Shown in pieces: positions 51,455 through 62,383 of a stretch of 64,000 bases of DNA. The position numbers and the translations under genes are program-made. Source of the stretch: an uncultured Chthonomonadaceae bacterium (GTDB lineage Bacteria; Armatimonadota; Chthonomonadetes; Chthonomonadales; Chthonomonadaceae); contig CAWIEK010000030.1 in the NCBI GenBank assembly GCA_963835065.1, positions 1-64,000 of the forward strand. The letters run 5' to 3'. The notes beneath the pieces were generated by a model. The model searched no databases and was not told the DNA's origin. It saw only the letters and a program-made list of their open reading frames with translations. The number at the start of each line of letters is the position of its first letter. Position 1 is the first letter of the stretch.

Positions 51455-52027
51455 ATGCCGCCGAGTTCGGATTTTGACGCCCAGTTTAAGCCGCCCGTGG
51501 AACTGGAAGAAGCCTGGACGCGCCACCCTGCCATTGTGAAGCTGGGCGAAAGCCCCGTTTTGCGCCAGGTCGCCAAACCCATCACGCGCTACACGCAGGA
51601 AACCAATCATCTGATCGAGCGCATGAGGGAAGTGATGAAGGAGGCGAATGGCCTGGGATTGGCCGCGCCCCAAATCGGCGTTTCCAGCCGCGTTATCGTG
51701 TACGATGCCGGGGAGGGCGTTCGGGTTCTGGTCAACCCCGTGATTTTGAAGAAAACCGGCGAACAGGACGATCCGCCCGAAGGCTGCTTGTCTATTCCCG
51801 GCTTGCAGGGTGTGGTGAAGCGGTTTCAGGAAGTGCAGGTGCAGGGCTTCGATGAGCGGGGCCGACCCGTCAAGCGCCGCGCCAAAGAACTGGAAGCCCG
51901 CGTGATTCAACACGAAATAGACCACCTGGACGGCGTTCTGTTCATTGACCGCGCTGATCCCGATACGCTTGTCTGGATGCTGGGAGACGAGGACAACGAA
52001 GACGGGAATGGAGCGCCGAGGGAATGA
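51455..52027 (+). CDS. def: Peptide deformylase
   Basis: GLGLAAPQIG, EGCLS, QHEIDHLDG. Confidence 0.97.
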   Translation: MPPSSDFDAQFKPPVELEEAWTRHPAIVKLGESPVLRQVAKPITRYTQETNHLIERMREVMKEANGLGLAAPQIGVSSRVIVYDAGEGVRVLVNPVILKKTGEQDDPPEGCLSIPGLQGVVKRFQEVQVQGFDERGRPVKRRAKELEARVIQHEIDHLDGVLFIDRADPDTLVWMLGDEDNEDGNGAPRE

Positions 52028-52036
52028 GGTTGAGGG

Positions 52037-53038
52037 ATGTCTATGCGTATCATATTCTTCGGGACGGCGGAGTTCGCCGTCCCTTCGCTTGACGCGGTTT
52101 TGGAAGCGGGACACGACGTGCTGCGCGTGGTCACGCAGCCGGACAAGCCGCAGGGGCGAGGCCAGCAGCTTGTCGCTTCTCCCGTAAAACAGGCGGCGTT
52201 GGCACACGGCCTGACGGTTTTACAGCCGCGTCGGGTTCGCGCCGAGGGGTTTCTGGCGAAGATGCGCGATTTGCAGCCCGACGCGCTGGCGCTGGCGGCT
52301 TTCGGGCAGATTATTCCCCAGGCTCTGCTGGACCTGCCTCCCTTTGGGCCGATCAATGTGCATGGTTCGCTCCTGCCGAAATATCGGGGCGCGGCTCCCA
52401 TTCAGCGCGTAATTATGGCGGGAGAAACCGAAACCGGCGTGACGACCATGTGGATGGATGCCACGCTGGACACGGGCGATATGCTGCTGGAAGCCTCTCT
52501 TCCCATTGCTCCCGACGATACGGCGGGAACCCTGACGCCCAAAATGGCCCACTTGGGCGCGCGCCTGCTGGTAGAAACCCTGGCAGGCTTGCAGGCCGGC
52601 ACGATTTCACGCCGCAAGCAGGATGACAGCCTGGCGACGTTCGCGCCCGCTATTGTGCCTGAAGACTGTGTTGTCCGCTGGGAGGAACCGGCGGATGTTC
52701 TCTGTAACCGCATACGCGGCGTCAGCCCCAAACCCGGCGCGTCCGCGCAATGCAATGGCAGGCGCGTTAAAATATGGGCGGCGCAGCCTTATGTACGCCC
52801 TGATCTTCCTTCCCTGCAAAGGTCAACGGATATGAATACACCCGTTCCCCTTCCCGGCACCATTCTTGCGATTTCCAAATCGCCGCCCGGAGTGCTTGTA
52901 GCTGCCGGCGGGGGCACAATCATACTGTTGACCGAAGCGCAGCCGGAAAACGGCAAGCGCATGTCGGCGGCAGATTGGGCGCGCGGGCAGCGACTCGGAG
53001 GTGGCGCGCGGTTTGAAGTGAACGCGGTGAAAGGGTAA
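52037..53038 (+). CDS. fmt: Methionyl-tRNA formyltransferase
   Basis: FFGTAEFA, VTQPDKP.GRG, NVHGSLLPKYRGAAPI. Confidence 0.97.
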   Translation: MSMRIIFFGTAEFAVPSLDAVLEAGHDVLRVVTQPDKPQGRGQQLVASPVKQAALAHGLTVLQPRRVRAEGFLAKMRDLQPDALALAAFGQIIPQALLDLPPFGPINVHGSLLPKYRGAAPIQRVIMAGETETGVTTMWMDATLDTGDMLLEASLPIAPDDTAGTLTPKMAHLGARLLVETLAGLQAGTISRRKQDDSLATFAPAIVPEDCVVRWEEPADVLCNRIRGVSPKPGASAQCNGRRVKIWAAQPYVRPDLPSLQRSTDMNTPVPLPGTILAISKSPPGVLVAAGGGTIILLTEAQPENGKRMSAADWARGQRLGGGARFEVNAVKG

Positions 53039-53275
53039 ATTCATGCCGCAAGGCAACTGTCAACGCCTGTTTTCCTTATCCCTTACCCCTTTTTCCTTAT
53101 TCCTAAATTTTATAGTAGAACTTCGGGTTGTTGTGGAATAACGTGTTTGTAACCGTAAGAAAGCCCCGGAACAGGAAAAACAAACGGGCTTGAACACGGC
53201 TGCAAATAAAGTACAAATCTATAACAGGCTCTCTTCAAAATTAAAAGTCAAGAGGGAGAAAAGGAATCACAACAA

Positions 53276-53512
53276 ATGAATAGCCAAGCCTCACATACGT
53301 CCGAAGCGGTGCGCCTGACCAAGCGGGAACTGGAAATACTGGCACTGATTGTGGAAGGCCATTCCAGTAAGCGGGTTGCCGATATGCTGTTTGTCAGCAA
53401 GCGCACCGTGGATTTCCACCTGGACAATATCTACGAGAAACTGCAAGTCACTAATCGCATGCAGGCCATGCAGCGCGCCAATCGTCTCGGCCTGCTGCAG
53501 TTCGCCGCCTAA
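53276..53512 (+). CDS. Stand-alone LuxR/GerE-type HTH regulator
   Basis: LTKRELEIL, SKRTVDFHLDNIYEKL. Confidence 0.9.
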   Translation: MNSQASHTSEAVRLTKRELEILALIVEGHSSKRVADMLFVSKRTVDFHLDNIYEKLQVTNRMQAMQRANRLGLLQFAA

Positions 53513-53583
53513 CAGGTTCCGTAAGTAAACTTATAACGTAATCAAGGTTCCAAAATTCAATAACGTGTCATTATCATCATCCC

Positions 53584-53628
53584 ATCAGGCCGTTCGTCGC
53601 GCTCAAAAGAAGCGACGAACGGCCTGAT
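53584..53628 (+). terminator. 17-bp-stem hairpin
   Basis: ATCAGGCCGTTCGTCGC / GCGACGAACGGCCTGAT. Confidence 0.6.
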
Positions 53629-53784
53629 CGCATTTGAACCTTAACAAAACCTTAATCAAGATTTAACCTCCTCTTAATGTTGGCATGGCTATAATAAGTC
53701 AGTAACAGGCTGGTTCTAAACAGTGTATGGCTCAGTCTGTCATTTGCAAACAAGGCTGTTGCATCCGTTTGAGGAGAAAAACTA

Positions 53785-54636
53785 TTGAAACGTAAAGCGT
53801 TTACGCTGATTGAGTTGCTCGTCGTGATCGCCATTATCGCCATTTTGGCCGCGATTTTGTTTCCGGTCTTTGCGCAGGCGCGCGAGAAAGCCCGGCAGAC
53901 GAGCTGTTTGTCCAACCTGAAACAACTCGGACTGAGTTTGAACATGTACTCTCAGGATTACGACGGCACACTGATGCAGACGTCGTGGGAACTCGGCAGC
54001 CTGAAGGCCAAAGTGCATTGGTTTTATCTGGTGCAGCCGTATGTCAAGAATCAGCAAATTTTTGTGTGCCCGTCTGACCCTACACCGGTAAAGCCGCTGA
54101 ACCGATTATGCGGTCCGGGCGATACGATTGGGGTGACGCTGTGCGACGCGCAGGCTCCCCTGTTCTCGTACATCAACAGCTACAACGCCATGCCCGCCCA
54201 TGACTGGATTCCACCGTCAGAAGCCGCCTTTGACAAGCCCGCCAATCTCATCGTGTTGGGTGAGCGCCGCAACAACATGAACGACGCGGCCATGACGCTT
54301 ATCGGCCAGTGGAAGGGAACCTCGCCGTTCATTGCCACAAGCGGCAATCATGGCACGGGGAGCGGCAGTGGACAGGTTTGTCCCGGCGACACTTACCGCT
54401 TCGTCACATTCGCGGATGTCACCAAAGGGCTTCTGCCGTCCAACAGCAACGACAACCCGGAAATCGTGCGCGTGAAGTTTGATCGGCATACCGGTGGCTC
54501 GAACTACGCTTTCTATGACGGTCACGCGAAGTGGTTCCGCCTGGAGCAAACGTTCGATCCCGGCAACTGGCAGTGGGGCGATAAGTGGTATCCCACCCCG
54601 AACCCGGACCCCCGCGCCGGTTCCAAGTGCAACTAA
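53785..54636 (+). CDS. Prepilin-type DUF1559 / H-X9-DG protein
   Basis: [10 protein letters not shown]..., [29 protein letters not shown] with TTG start. Confidence 0.92.
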   Translation: MKRKAFTLIELLVVIAIIAILAAILFPVFAQAREKARQTSCLSNLKQLGLSLNMYSQDYDGTLMQTSWELGSLKAKVHWFYLVQPYVKNQQIFVCPSDPTPVKPLNRLCGPGDTIGVTLCDAQAPLFSYINSYNAMPAHDWIPPSEAAFDKPANLIVLGERRNNMNDAAMTLIGQWKGTSPFIATSGNHGTGSGSGQVCPGDTYRFVTFADVTKGLLPSNSNDNPEIVRVKFDRHTGGSNYAFYDGHAKWFRLEQTFDPGNWQWGDKWYPTPNPDPRAGSKCN

Positions 54637-54666
54637 CTTTTGCCGCCGTTCCCGCTGCAAAGCAAG

Positions 54667-54707
54667 CAAGCCGAAGCCCCGCAATCAGATTGCGGGGCTT
54701 CGGCTTG
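54667..54707. repeat. Perfect 20-bp inverted repeat (REP-like/terminator)
   Basis: CAAGCCGAAGCCCCGCAATC-A-GATTGCGGGGCTTCGGCTTG. Confidence 0.8.
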
Positions 54708-54849
54708 TTCATGCCTGTTCATTTAAGAGGCAACCCGGTACAGTTTTACCAGCGCAGGAGTGTCCACAAAAGTACGCATTGTGCTACTCCATGCGCCGTT
54801 GGCGTATCACCTCATCGGCAACGCTGCCCTCGAAAGTGTCCGTTGGCAG

Positions 54850-55226
54850 CATAGGTATCTACACAGTTTCTAGTTGGGGTATTCTCTTTGTCTATGGAGA
54901 CACCCCCAATTGCTTTAGAAGCGCGTCTACAAACGCGCTACCATACGCTGGTCGAACAACATAGTACCCCACCTTCGGCACTCGCCAGTGGCTTGCGTTC
55001 TCTGCCCGACGGCGGCAGCGGCTTTGCGGCCACCCAAGCGGCCTGGCGCTTCTTCGCCAACCCGAAGGTGACGTTGCCTGCCTTGTGCCAGCCGTTGCAG
55101 GACTATGCCCGGCAACAGGTACAAGGACAGGCGTATGTCCTCGTGGTGCATGACTGGAGTTGGCTCGACTACAACGGGCATACGCGCAAGAAAGATCGCC
55201 TCGCGCACTCGCATAGTCGAGCGTAG
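54850..55226 (+). mobile_element. IS4-family (Tn5-like) remnant: left end and transposase N-terminus only
   Basis: ATQAAWRFFANPKV, VLVVHDWSWLDY (first DDE Asp), then abrupt stop; candidate end CATAGGTATCTACAC at 54850. Confidence 0.75.
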
Positions 55227-55638
55227 CCGGCCTTACTTTGTACCGCGCTTTCTCGGAGATAAGTTTATCACGTTTGACTTTCTTGTTGAACTGACAGGCA
55301 CAAGCGGTGGAACACCCTTCTTTTTTGTTCAGGTCAAAACTACAAGCACAGGCTATACTACGGATAAACGCGGCAACCGTAAATTGAAAGTCAGAGTAAC
55401 GCGCGGCGATTTACTGCGCATGAAAAACTACCCGGCTCCCACTTACGTAATCGGAATTGATGAGGCGGCACAAGTGGGGTACATTGTTTCCACGAATGGC
55501 GATTGCCCTGCCACTTTGAACGGTTTGCCGATTACACATGAACTGAATTGCGCAAACTTGGCGGCGTTGTGGCAGGAAGTTACAACCTACTGGGCCGTAC
55601 GCAACATGCTGATGCCTACTTCTCGCTTTGGAGTGTAA
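55227..55638 (+). pseudogene. DUF4365-like PD-(D/E)xK protein lacking its 5' end
   Basis: FLGDKFITFDFLVEL, FFVQVKTT, YPAPTYVIGIDE. Confidence 0.65.
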
Positions 55639-56116
55639 ACAGATGATGGATGTTATAGATCAAGTCATAGAACAGCGGGCAGAATCGTTCGCTTATCTCT
55701 ATCTGACGGCGAACAAGCGCCTTGCCGTGTACCGGCAGTATCGGGAACGCAATCCCATGCTTGATTTTCTGGTCAAGATAAAAGATCGAACGTTTGCGGC
55801 ATCAGGAGAGTTCGGCGTCGAGGTTGAAGGCGTTTTAGCCAATGGACGCGACACCGCGCAAACTGAAGTTGAAATGCCTGACATTCAGCCGAAACGCCTC
55901 CATGCCGATAGCGCCATTCCTGTCTGCCTGTTCGTCTTTTTCGTAGATATGGACTGCGGCTACTATCGCTGGCTGCGAGAGCCTGTTTTGGACGGCACAT
56001 TCCAACTGAAAAACAACGACAGCGCGTTGTTTCATTCCTTGAACGATACGGCAGTGAATGCTATTGTCGCGCAAGTGCAGCAATGGCACAAGTCCAGCAA
56101 GCGGGCAACAGCATAA
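55628..56116 (+). CDS. DUF4365-like protein
   Basis: QRAESFAYLYLT, LDFLVKI, FGVEVEG, IPVCLFVF, GYYRWLREP. Confidence 0.65.
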   Translation: MECKQMMDVIDQVIEQRAESFAYLYLTANKRLAVYRQYRERNPMLDFLVKIKDRTFAASGEFGVEVEGVLANGRDTAQTEVEMPDIQPKRLHADSAIPVCLFVFFVDMDCGYYRWLREPVLDGTFQLKNNDSALFHSLNDTAVNAIVAQVQQWHKSSKRATA

Positions 56117-56236
56117 AACTCTTGTTGTTCTGCATGGAAATCTCTGCATAATACCGGCGCTTGTGTTGACGAAACGCGCTGTTCTTGCTACAATAGGATA
56201 GGGCGAACGCTTGTTTGGAAAGGAACCGGAAAGTCC

Positions 56237-56506
56237 ATGAACATCTATATGTCGGCGGAAGATGAGGCGTATGTCAAAGGGAAAGTGGAAAGTGGGGAGT
56301 GCCATTCTACGAGTGAAGTGGTGCTGATGGCTCTGGAACTCCTCAAAGAACGAGATGAGGTTCGGCGCTGGAAACTGGAACGCCTGCGCTGCGACATTCA
56401 GATTGGTTTGGAGCAGGCGGACAGGGGGGAAGTGACGCCGCTGGATATTGAAAAAATCAAGTCCGAAGGGCGCAAGCGGCTTGCCGCTATGCAGGAGCAA
56501 CACTAA
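56237..56506 (+). CDS. ParD family antitoxin
   Basis: KVESG...STSEVV..ALELL, IQIGLEQADRG. Confidence 0.88.
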   Translation: MNIYMSAEDEAYVKGKVESGECHSTSEVVLMALELLKERDEVRRWKLERLRCDIQIGLEQADRGEVTPLDIEKIKSEGRKRLAAMQEQH

Positions 56507-56796
56507 TGGCGCAGGCGCTGAAAACGCCGGAGGCGGAACTGGATTTGATGGAAATCTGGCTGTTCATCGCCAGAGACAGCATTGAGGCGGCTGACCGCGT
56601 GGCAGAGAAGATAGACGCAGAGTGTCGTTCGCTGGCGGAAACACCGGGTATTGGCATCAGGCGTGGCGAACTTGCGCCGCGCCTGCAAAGTTTCCCAGTA
56701 GACAGCTACGTCATTTTCTACCGCCGTGCCGAAGAGGATATTGAAATTCTGCGCGTACTGCACGGGGCGCGGCGTATAACCAGCAGCATGTTTTAA
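56506..56796 (+). CDS. ParE/RelE family toxin
   Basis: AELDLMEIWLFIARDS, YVIFY, ILRVLHGAR. Confidence 0.9.
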   Translation: MAQALKTPEAELDLMEIWLFIARDSIEAADRVAEKIDAECRSLAETPGIGIRRGELAPRLQSFPVDSYVIFYRRAEEDIEILRVLHGARRITSSMF

Positions 56797-56817
56797 GCTG
56801 CGTCCCGTTTGGATTTG

Positions 56818-58573
56818 TTATGCAAACAAGGCTTCCATGGCGTCTTCGCGGGCGCTGCGGTACTGCTCGTTGTAGAGTTTCTGGTACACGCCGGGACGCG
56901 CTACGAGTTCGTCGTGCGACCCCACATCCACAATCCGCCCCGCTTCCATCACCACAATCCGATCCGCGTTCATAATCGTTGACAGACGGTGCGCGATGAC
57001 AAAGCATGTTCTGCCCTTCATCAAGCGTTCCAATGCGGCCTGTACGTTCGCTTCCGTTTTGCTGTCGAGGGCGCTTGTCGCGTCGTCCAAAATCAGGATT
57101 TTGGGGTCGGTCAGCGTGGCGCGGGCGATGCTCATGCGCTGCTTCTGGCCTACCGACAGCTTGATGCCGTCCTCGCCGATTTTGGTATCGTAGTTGTGCG
57201 GCAGGTTCATAATGAAGTTGTGCATGTCGGCGTTCTTGGCGGCCTGCAATATCTGCAAGTCCGTCGAACCCGGCTTGCCGTACTTGATGTTTTCTTTGAG
57301 CGATACCGAAAACAACAAACTTTCCTGACTGACGATGCCGATCTGCCGCCGAATGGATTCCAAACGCACCTGCCGCAAATCCACGCCGTCCACGAAAATA
57401 CGCCCCTGATTCACATCGTAGAAGCGAGCAATGAGATTGACAAGGCTTGTTTTGCCTGCGCCCGACGGCCCGACAATAGCGATGATTTCGCCGGGGTTCA
57501 CCTTCAAGTCAATGTCGTGCAGAATGGGATATTTCGGGTCGTAGCCGAACGACACGTTCTGAAACTCCACCGCGCCCGCCATCTGCTTGATAGCTGACCG
57601 CGTTGGGCGCGTCCACGATTTCGGGGCGCGTATCCAGCGTCTCGAAGACGCGCTCAATGGCCGCGCCCGTCCACTGCACCTGTACATTAAAGTCCACAAT
57701 GCGAACGGCGGGGTCGTACAACTGCGCGACAAGGGCGTTAAAGGCGATCAGTTCGCCGATGTGCATATACCGGTGCAAAATCAACGCGCCGCCGTACCAT
57801 AGCACCAGTCCCGTGCCCGCGCCGCGTATCACCTGCGCCACGCCCTGCAAGCGCCGGTTCATCTTCATCTGCTGCATACCTAATGTAAAGTTGTCCTTTA
57901 CGGTCAGCATGAACTTTTCGGTTTCGTAATCCTCGCGCACGAACGCTTTTACGACATTGATGCCCGTCAATTTTTCCTGTAACATGCCGAGCAGGGCGTC
58001 CCACTTTTCGCGCAGTTCCTCGCTGATGGGGCGAATGTGGCGGATAAACAGCTTGTAGTTCAGCACGTAAAACGGAATGGCAATCAGCGACACGAGCGCG
58101 AGCCGCCATTGGATGTTGAACAGCATGGCAAGCACGATAACCACGCTCATCGAGTCGGCCATAAATTGCACGAACCCACCGGAAATCATCTGCTGAATAA
58201 AATCAATATCGCTCATCAGGCGCGAAATGATTTTGCCGGTCTGCCGCGTGTCGTAATACGCCAGTGACAGCCGGTTCAGATGCCGGTACGATTGGAAGCG
58301 CAAATCAAAAACGATACGCTGCCCAAGCCAGCCGATGATATAGTTGAGCGCGAACGAAATCAGGCCGCGAACCACATACAGCGCAAAGATACCCAGCGCG
58401 ATAAGATTGAGCGTATGCAGGCGATGATGCGGCAGCACGTCGTCAAGGGCGTATTGCAGCAGCTTGGGCATGATAACGGGCGTGGTCGCCTGGCACAGCA
58501 GCAGGAACACGGCCAGGCCGACGCGCTTGCGATAGGGTCGTAAATAGCCGAGTAATCGGCGGAACTGATGCAC
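56818..58573 (-). CDS. ABC exporter TMD+NBD half transporter (frameshift near 57595)
   Basis: TMD in 57509-58573; NBD GPSGAGKT, LSVGQKQR, ILDDATS in 56818-57732. Confidence 0.85.
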
Positions 58574-58676
58574 AATCTTGCTCCCAAATAGGCGAGAAAG
58601 CGAAAAGTATTGTTAATTGAAGCGTTCGGATTGAAGCGACTTTATCAAAGTGCCTTTGCATTAAAGTGAGGCTGCT

Positions 58677-59885
58677 TCAAAATTCGCTGAGTGAATAAAG
58701 CGCCGCTTTGTTTTCCATGCCGGCAGTCTCCGTGCCGGACTTGAACGTTCCCGCAACGGCCAGTGTTTTGCCGTCCGGGGAAAGCGCGATACCATTCACG
58801 ATTTCAAACGGTGTTTGCAGGGTTTTCAGGTTGCTGCCGCTTTGAACATCGTAGAACTGCACAACGCGCCCCGCGCCGGCCAGAAACGTTTTGCTGTCGG
58901 GCGTAAACGTCACGGATCGCACCCATCCTAACTGCAGGCGCAGGCGCGTTGCTTCCTGCCCCAATTGCGCGTTCCACAACAGCGCGTCCGTATCCGCGCT
59001 GCCCGTGCCGATGACTTTCCCGTCCGGCGAAAACGCAAGCGAGGTCAGCAAATCGGTATGCCCTTCCAGCGCGTGCAGTTCCTTCCACTGCCGGGCATCC
59101 CAAATTTTCAGGGCATGGACTTCGGTTCCCGTTGCCAGGGTTGCGCCATCCGGCGAGAAGGCAACGGGGTTTTCCGCGTCTTTCAACGTTGTCAGCAATT
59201 TTCCGGTCTGCGTATCCCAAACCATCACCGTATGATCGGAACTGCCGCCCGCAATCCGCTTGCCATCCGGCGAAAAAGAAACGGAAAGCACGGCGGAACT
59301 GTGCCCGGTCAGCGTACGCAGCAGGGTTCCATCCGCAGCGTTCCACAACTTGACCGTCCGGTCCCAACTGGCGCTTGCGAGGGTTTTGCCGTCCGGCGAA
59401 AACACGGCCTGCGCGACGACTTCCTCATGCCCATTCAAGGTCTGCGTTTCTTTGTCGGTTGCCACATCCCATAAGCGAACGGTTTTGTCCGCGCCCGCCG
59501 TTGCCAGCGTGTTGCCGTCCGGCGAAAACGCCACGCTGTTGATAAAGTCGCTATGCCCCGTAAATACGCGCAAGGGTTTCGGCGGAGGAGCGTTGCGGCT
59601 GCATCCTGTCAATAGGAACAGAGCGAACGTGAAGAGTGAGAGTGAAAAGTTCAGAAAGAATTTGCGCGACGGGCTGAACCCCTTTGCTGTAGGGCGTTCC
59701 GCCAACTGTCCTTCGGACAGAAACCCTCTTATAAAGAATGTTGTGTCCGAAGGACACTGGGCCGCAGGCCATACAGCGAAGGGGTTCAGCCCGTCGCCAC
59801 AACGCCACAAACGCGCCAGTAGCGACAAAACAAAGGATGCCGCTCTTTTGCCTACTTGATTTTCAACTTGTCTCGCCACTCTCAC
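58677..59885 (-). CDS. WD40-repeat lipoprotein (start uncertain)
   Basis: LLTGC lipobox; repeated GH...VAFSPDG..LA...D.TV.LW. Confidence 0.85.
   Translation of the reverse strand: MRVARQVENQVGKRAASFVLSLLARLWRCGDGLNPFAVWPAAQCPSDTTFFIRGFLSEGQLAERPTAKGFSPSRKFFLNFSLSLFTFALFLLTGCSRNAPPPKPLRVFTGHSDFINSVAFSPDGNTLATAGADKTVRLWDVATDKETQTLNGHEEVVAQAVFSPDGKTLASASWDRTVKLWNAADGTLLRTLTGHSSAVLSVSFSPDGKRIAGGSSDHTVMVWDTQTGKLLTTLKDAENPVAFSPDGATLATGTEVHALKIWDARQWKELHALEGHTDLLTSLAFSPDGKVIGTGSADTDALLWNAQLGQEATRLRLQLGWVRSVTFTPDSKTFLAGAGRVVQFYDVQSGSNLKTLQTPFEIVNGIALSPDGKTLAVAGTFKSGTETAGMENKAALYSLSEF
59666..59797. repeat. REPIN-like 132-bp inverted-repeat element
   Basis: GCGACGGGCTGAACCCCTTTGCTGTA..TGTCCTTCGGACA / TGTCCGAAGGACA..TACAGCGAAGGGGTTCAGCCCGTCGC. 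Confidence 0.85.
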
Positions 59886-59904
59886 TCTCCACTCTCACCA
59901 ATCA

Positions 59905-61677
59905 CTAACCACCAGCCACTACTCCATGTCCTTCCAGCGCGACGGCGAATTGCTGATTGTACAATCCGGCGTAACTTCCGCCGAGCGCCAGCAGTTCGGA
60001 ATGGCTGCCGGCTTCCAGAATGTTGCCCTTTTCCATAACCACAATTTTGTCGGCTTTGACAATCGTGGACAGGCGGTGCGCGATGACAAAACTGGTGCGC
60101 CCGGCCATCAGGCGATCCAGGGCTTCCTGAATCAAGGCTTCGGTTTCCGAGTCCAGGGCGCTTGTCGCTTCGTCCAGAATCAGGATGCGCGGGTCGGACA
60201 GAATGGCGCGGGCAATGGCGACGCGCTGCTTTTCGCCGCCCGACAGCTTGGTTCCATCCTCGCCGATTTTGGTGTCGTAGCCGCGCGGCAGGGCTTCAAT
60301 GACGTGCGCGATGTTGGCTGACTTTGCGGCTTCTTCCACTTCCTGATCCGTCGCGTCCAGTTTCCCGTAGCGAATGTTTTCCCGAATGGTCGTGTTGAAC
60401 AGGATGGTTTCCTGTATGACGACGCCTACCTGCCGCCGCAGAGATTTCAGCGCAATGTCGCGCACGTCATGCCCGTCAACGGTAATACGTCCCTCCTGCA
60501 CATCGTAATGCCGTTGCAGCAGGTTTATCATTGTGGTTTTACCCGACCCGGACTGCCCCACAAGCGCGATCATCTGCCCCGCCTTCACGTCCAGGCTGAC
60601 GCCCTTGATAACGGGATGGTCCGGCTCGTAGCCGAACCAAATGTCGTCATAACGCACATCGCCGCGCACGTCGGGCAAAACAATCGCGCCCGGTTTGTCT
60701 TCCACATTGGGCTTGGTGTCCAGGTTCGTGAAGATGCGCCAAAGCGCCGTGTTCACGCGGGCGATCTGGTCATTGAGAGAAATCAAGCGCTGCGTGGGCT
60801 GGTACACATAGCCGCCCATGTAGCCGTAAAAAGCGATCAGCGAACCCGGCGAGATTTCGCCCTGCATCACCAATTTGCCGCCGTACCATAGCAGCAAGGC
60901 CGTGCCGCATCCACTGGCGATAAACTCCGACAGGCCGACAAGGGCAGTGGAATACGCGGTCATGCGAACGTTGAGGCCGAGCAGGTTACGAGTCTCGCCC
61001 GCGAAATGCCGCACTTCCGCCCGCTCTCGAGCATACGAGCGGACCACCTGCACACCCGCCAGTTTTTCCTGCAAATCGCCGTACAAAACTTCGCGCTGTT
61101 CCCGCACTTCATGGCTGGCGAGCTTGATTTTACCGATGAACGCCCTGTAGTTGAGGATGTACAGCGGATACACGGACAAAGCCACAAGCGCCAGTTTCCA
61201 GTTCAAATAAATCAAAAAGCCCAATGCGCTGACAAGCATCACGACATCCTGCAAGACCGTGACGAAGCTGCCGCCGATGAGTTGATCGAGCGAGGCCACG
61301 TCGTTGGTAATGTTGGACATCAGCTTGCCGGTGGAAGCCTTTTCAAAAAAGCCAAGCGACAAGGATTGGATATGCGAATACAGCTTTTGCCGCATGTCGT
61401 ACTTGAAGCGCTGCCCCAAATACGTGACCGCGTAGGAGAGCCAATAGCCGACGAACGAACTGGCCGTAGACAGCGCGACGAACACGATAAATACCCGCGC
61501 CAGAGGAACATGCCAGTTTTCCCGCACATGCGCGTCGGAAAGGCTGTCAATGAGATACTTGAGGATGTAGGGCGGGGGCAGGGAAAGCGCGGCAGTCAGC
61601 AGGGTAAGGACAACCACAATCGCCATCACGCGCCAGTAAGGACGCAGTTCTTTCAAAAATCGCGCGAAGTTTTGCAT
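59905..61677 (-). CDS. ABC exporter TMD+NBD half transporter
   Basis: GQSGSGKT, LSGGEKQR, ILDEATS, IAHRL. Confidence 0.95.
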   Translation of the reverse strand: MQNFARFLKELRPYWRVMAIVVVLTLLTAALSLPPPYILKYLIDSLSDAHVRENWHVPLARVFIVFVALSTASSFVGYWLSYAVTYLGQRFKYDMRQKLYSHIQSLSLGFFEKASTGKLMSNITNDVASLDQLIGGSFVTVLQDVVMLVSALGFLIYLNWKLALVALSVYPLYILNYRAFIGKIKLASHEVREQREVLYGDLQEKLAGVQVVRSYARERAEVRHFAGETRNLLGLNVRMTAYSTALVGLSEFIASGCGTALLLWYGGKLVMQGEISPGSLIAFYGYMGGYVYQPTQRLISLNDQIARVNTALWRIFTNLDTKPNVEDKPGAIVLPDVRGDVRYDDIWFGYEPDHPVIKGVSLDVKAGQMIALVGQSGSGKTTMINLLQRHYDVQEGRITVDGHDVRDIALKSLRRQVGVVIQETILFNTTIRENIRYGKLDATDQEVEEAAKSANIAHVIEALPRGYDTKIGEDGTKLSGGEKQRVAIARAILSDPRILILDEATSALDSETEALIQEALDRLMAGRTSFVIAHRLSTIVKADKIVVMEKGNILEAGSHSELLALGGSYAGLYNQQFAVALEGHGVVAGG

Positions 61678-62123
61678 AATGCCGGTTCCAGAAAGGCGAT
61701 ACCGTTTCCAAGTTGCGTAAACGCCACATTTACCTGTGCTAAAGCAGTTTGGAAGAAGCGTTCAGGGCAGACGGCCTGCGAACAACAAAGCCTCGGTCAG
61801 GCTCCAGGCTGTGAGCATGGCAAAGGCGCGCAGTTTTATCTTCGGCTTTCTATACATCTATTCTACACTATAAATCACCATTATCGCCACAGTTTGCAGT
61901 AATTGCTTGCGCGGGTATATCAATGTAACTACATCAGAGTTGCCGCCCTGCTCGTTTTCACGGACGCCGGACGGCTGCAAAGTTCGTAAACTGACGAATG
62001 GCAGCAGGACAGAGGTTCCCGAAATGTTGTCTTGATACTCAGATCAGGCGAACAAACGGAAGCAAGCAAACAGGCATTGGTAGAGTTGCCAATGCCTGTT
62101 TGCTTATGTTTATGTGGATGCCG

Positions 62124-62330
62124 TTAGCGGCGATGTACTTTGCTGCTTTTCTTCGGACGCGCCGCAACGGAGCGGTTGTCGCCCTCCGAACTAAACGTCC
62201 GTACCCCACCCATCGGGATACGCTCGAAACATTTTCCACAATAGTAGTTGTCTCGCTTAACGGCGGCAACAGGCACACTGGCCCGATGCTGACACTGCGG
62301 ACAAACGATAGGCACTTCCCCGGATGCCAT
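62124..62330 (-). CDS. Small Zn-ribbon protein
   Basis: CPQC...CGKC, basic tail. Confidence 0.6.
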   Translation of the reverse strand: MASGEVPIVCPQCQHRASVPVAAVKRDNYYCGKCFERIPMGGVRTFSSEGDNRSVAARPKKSSKVHRR

Positions 62331-62383
62331 TGGCAACCCCTTTCCGGCGACTTGCGCCTTGCAAACTGCTTGGGACAATGATG

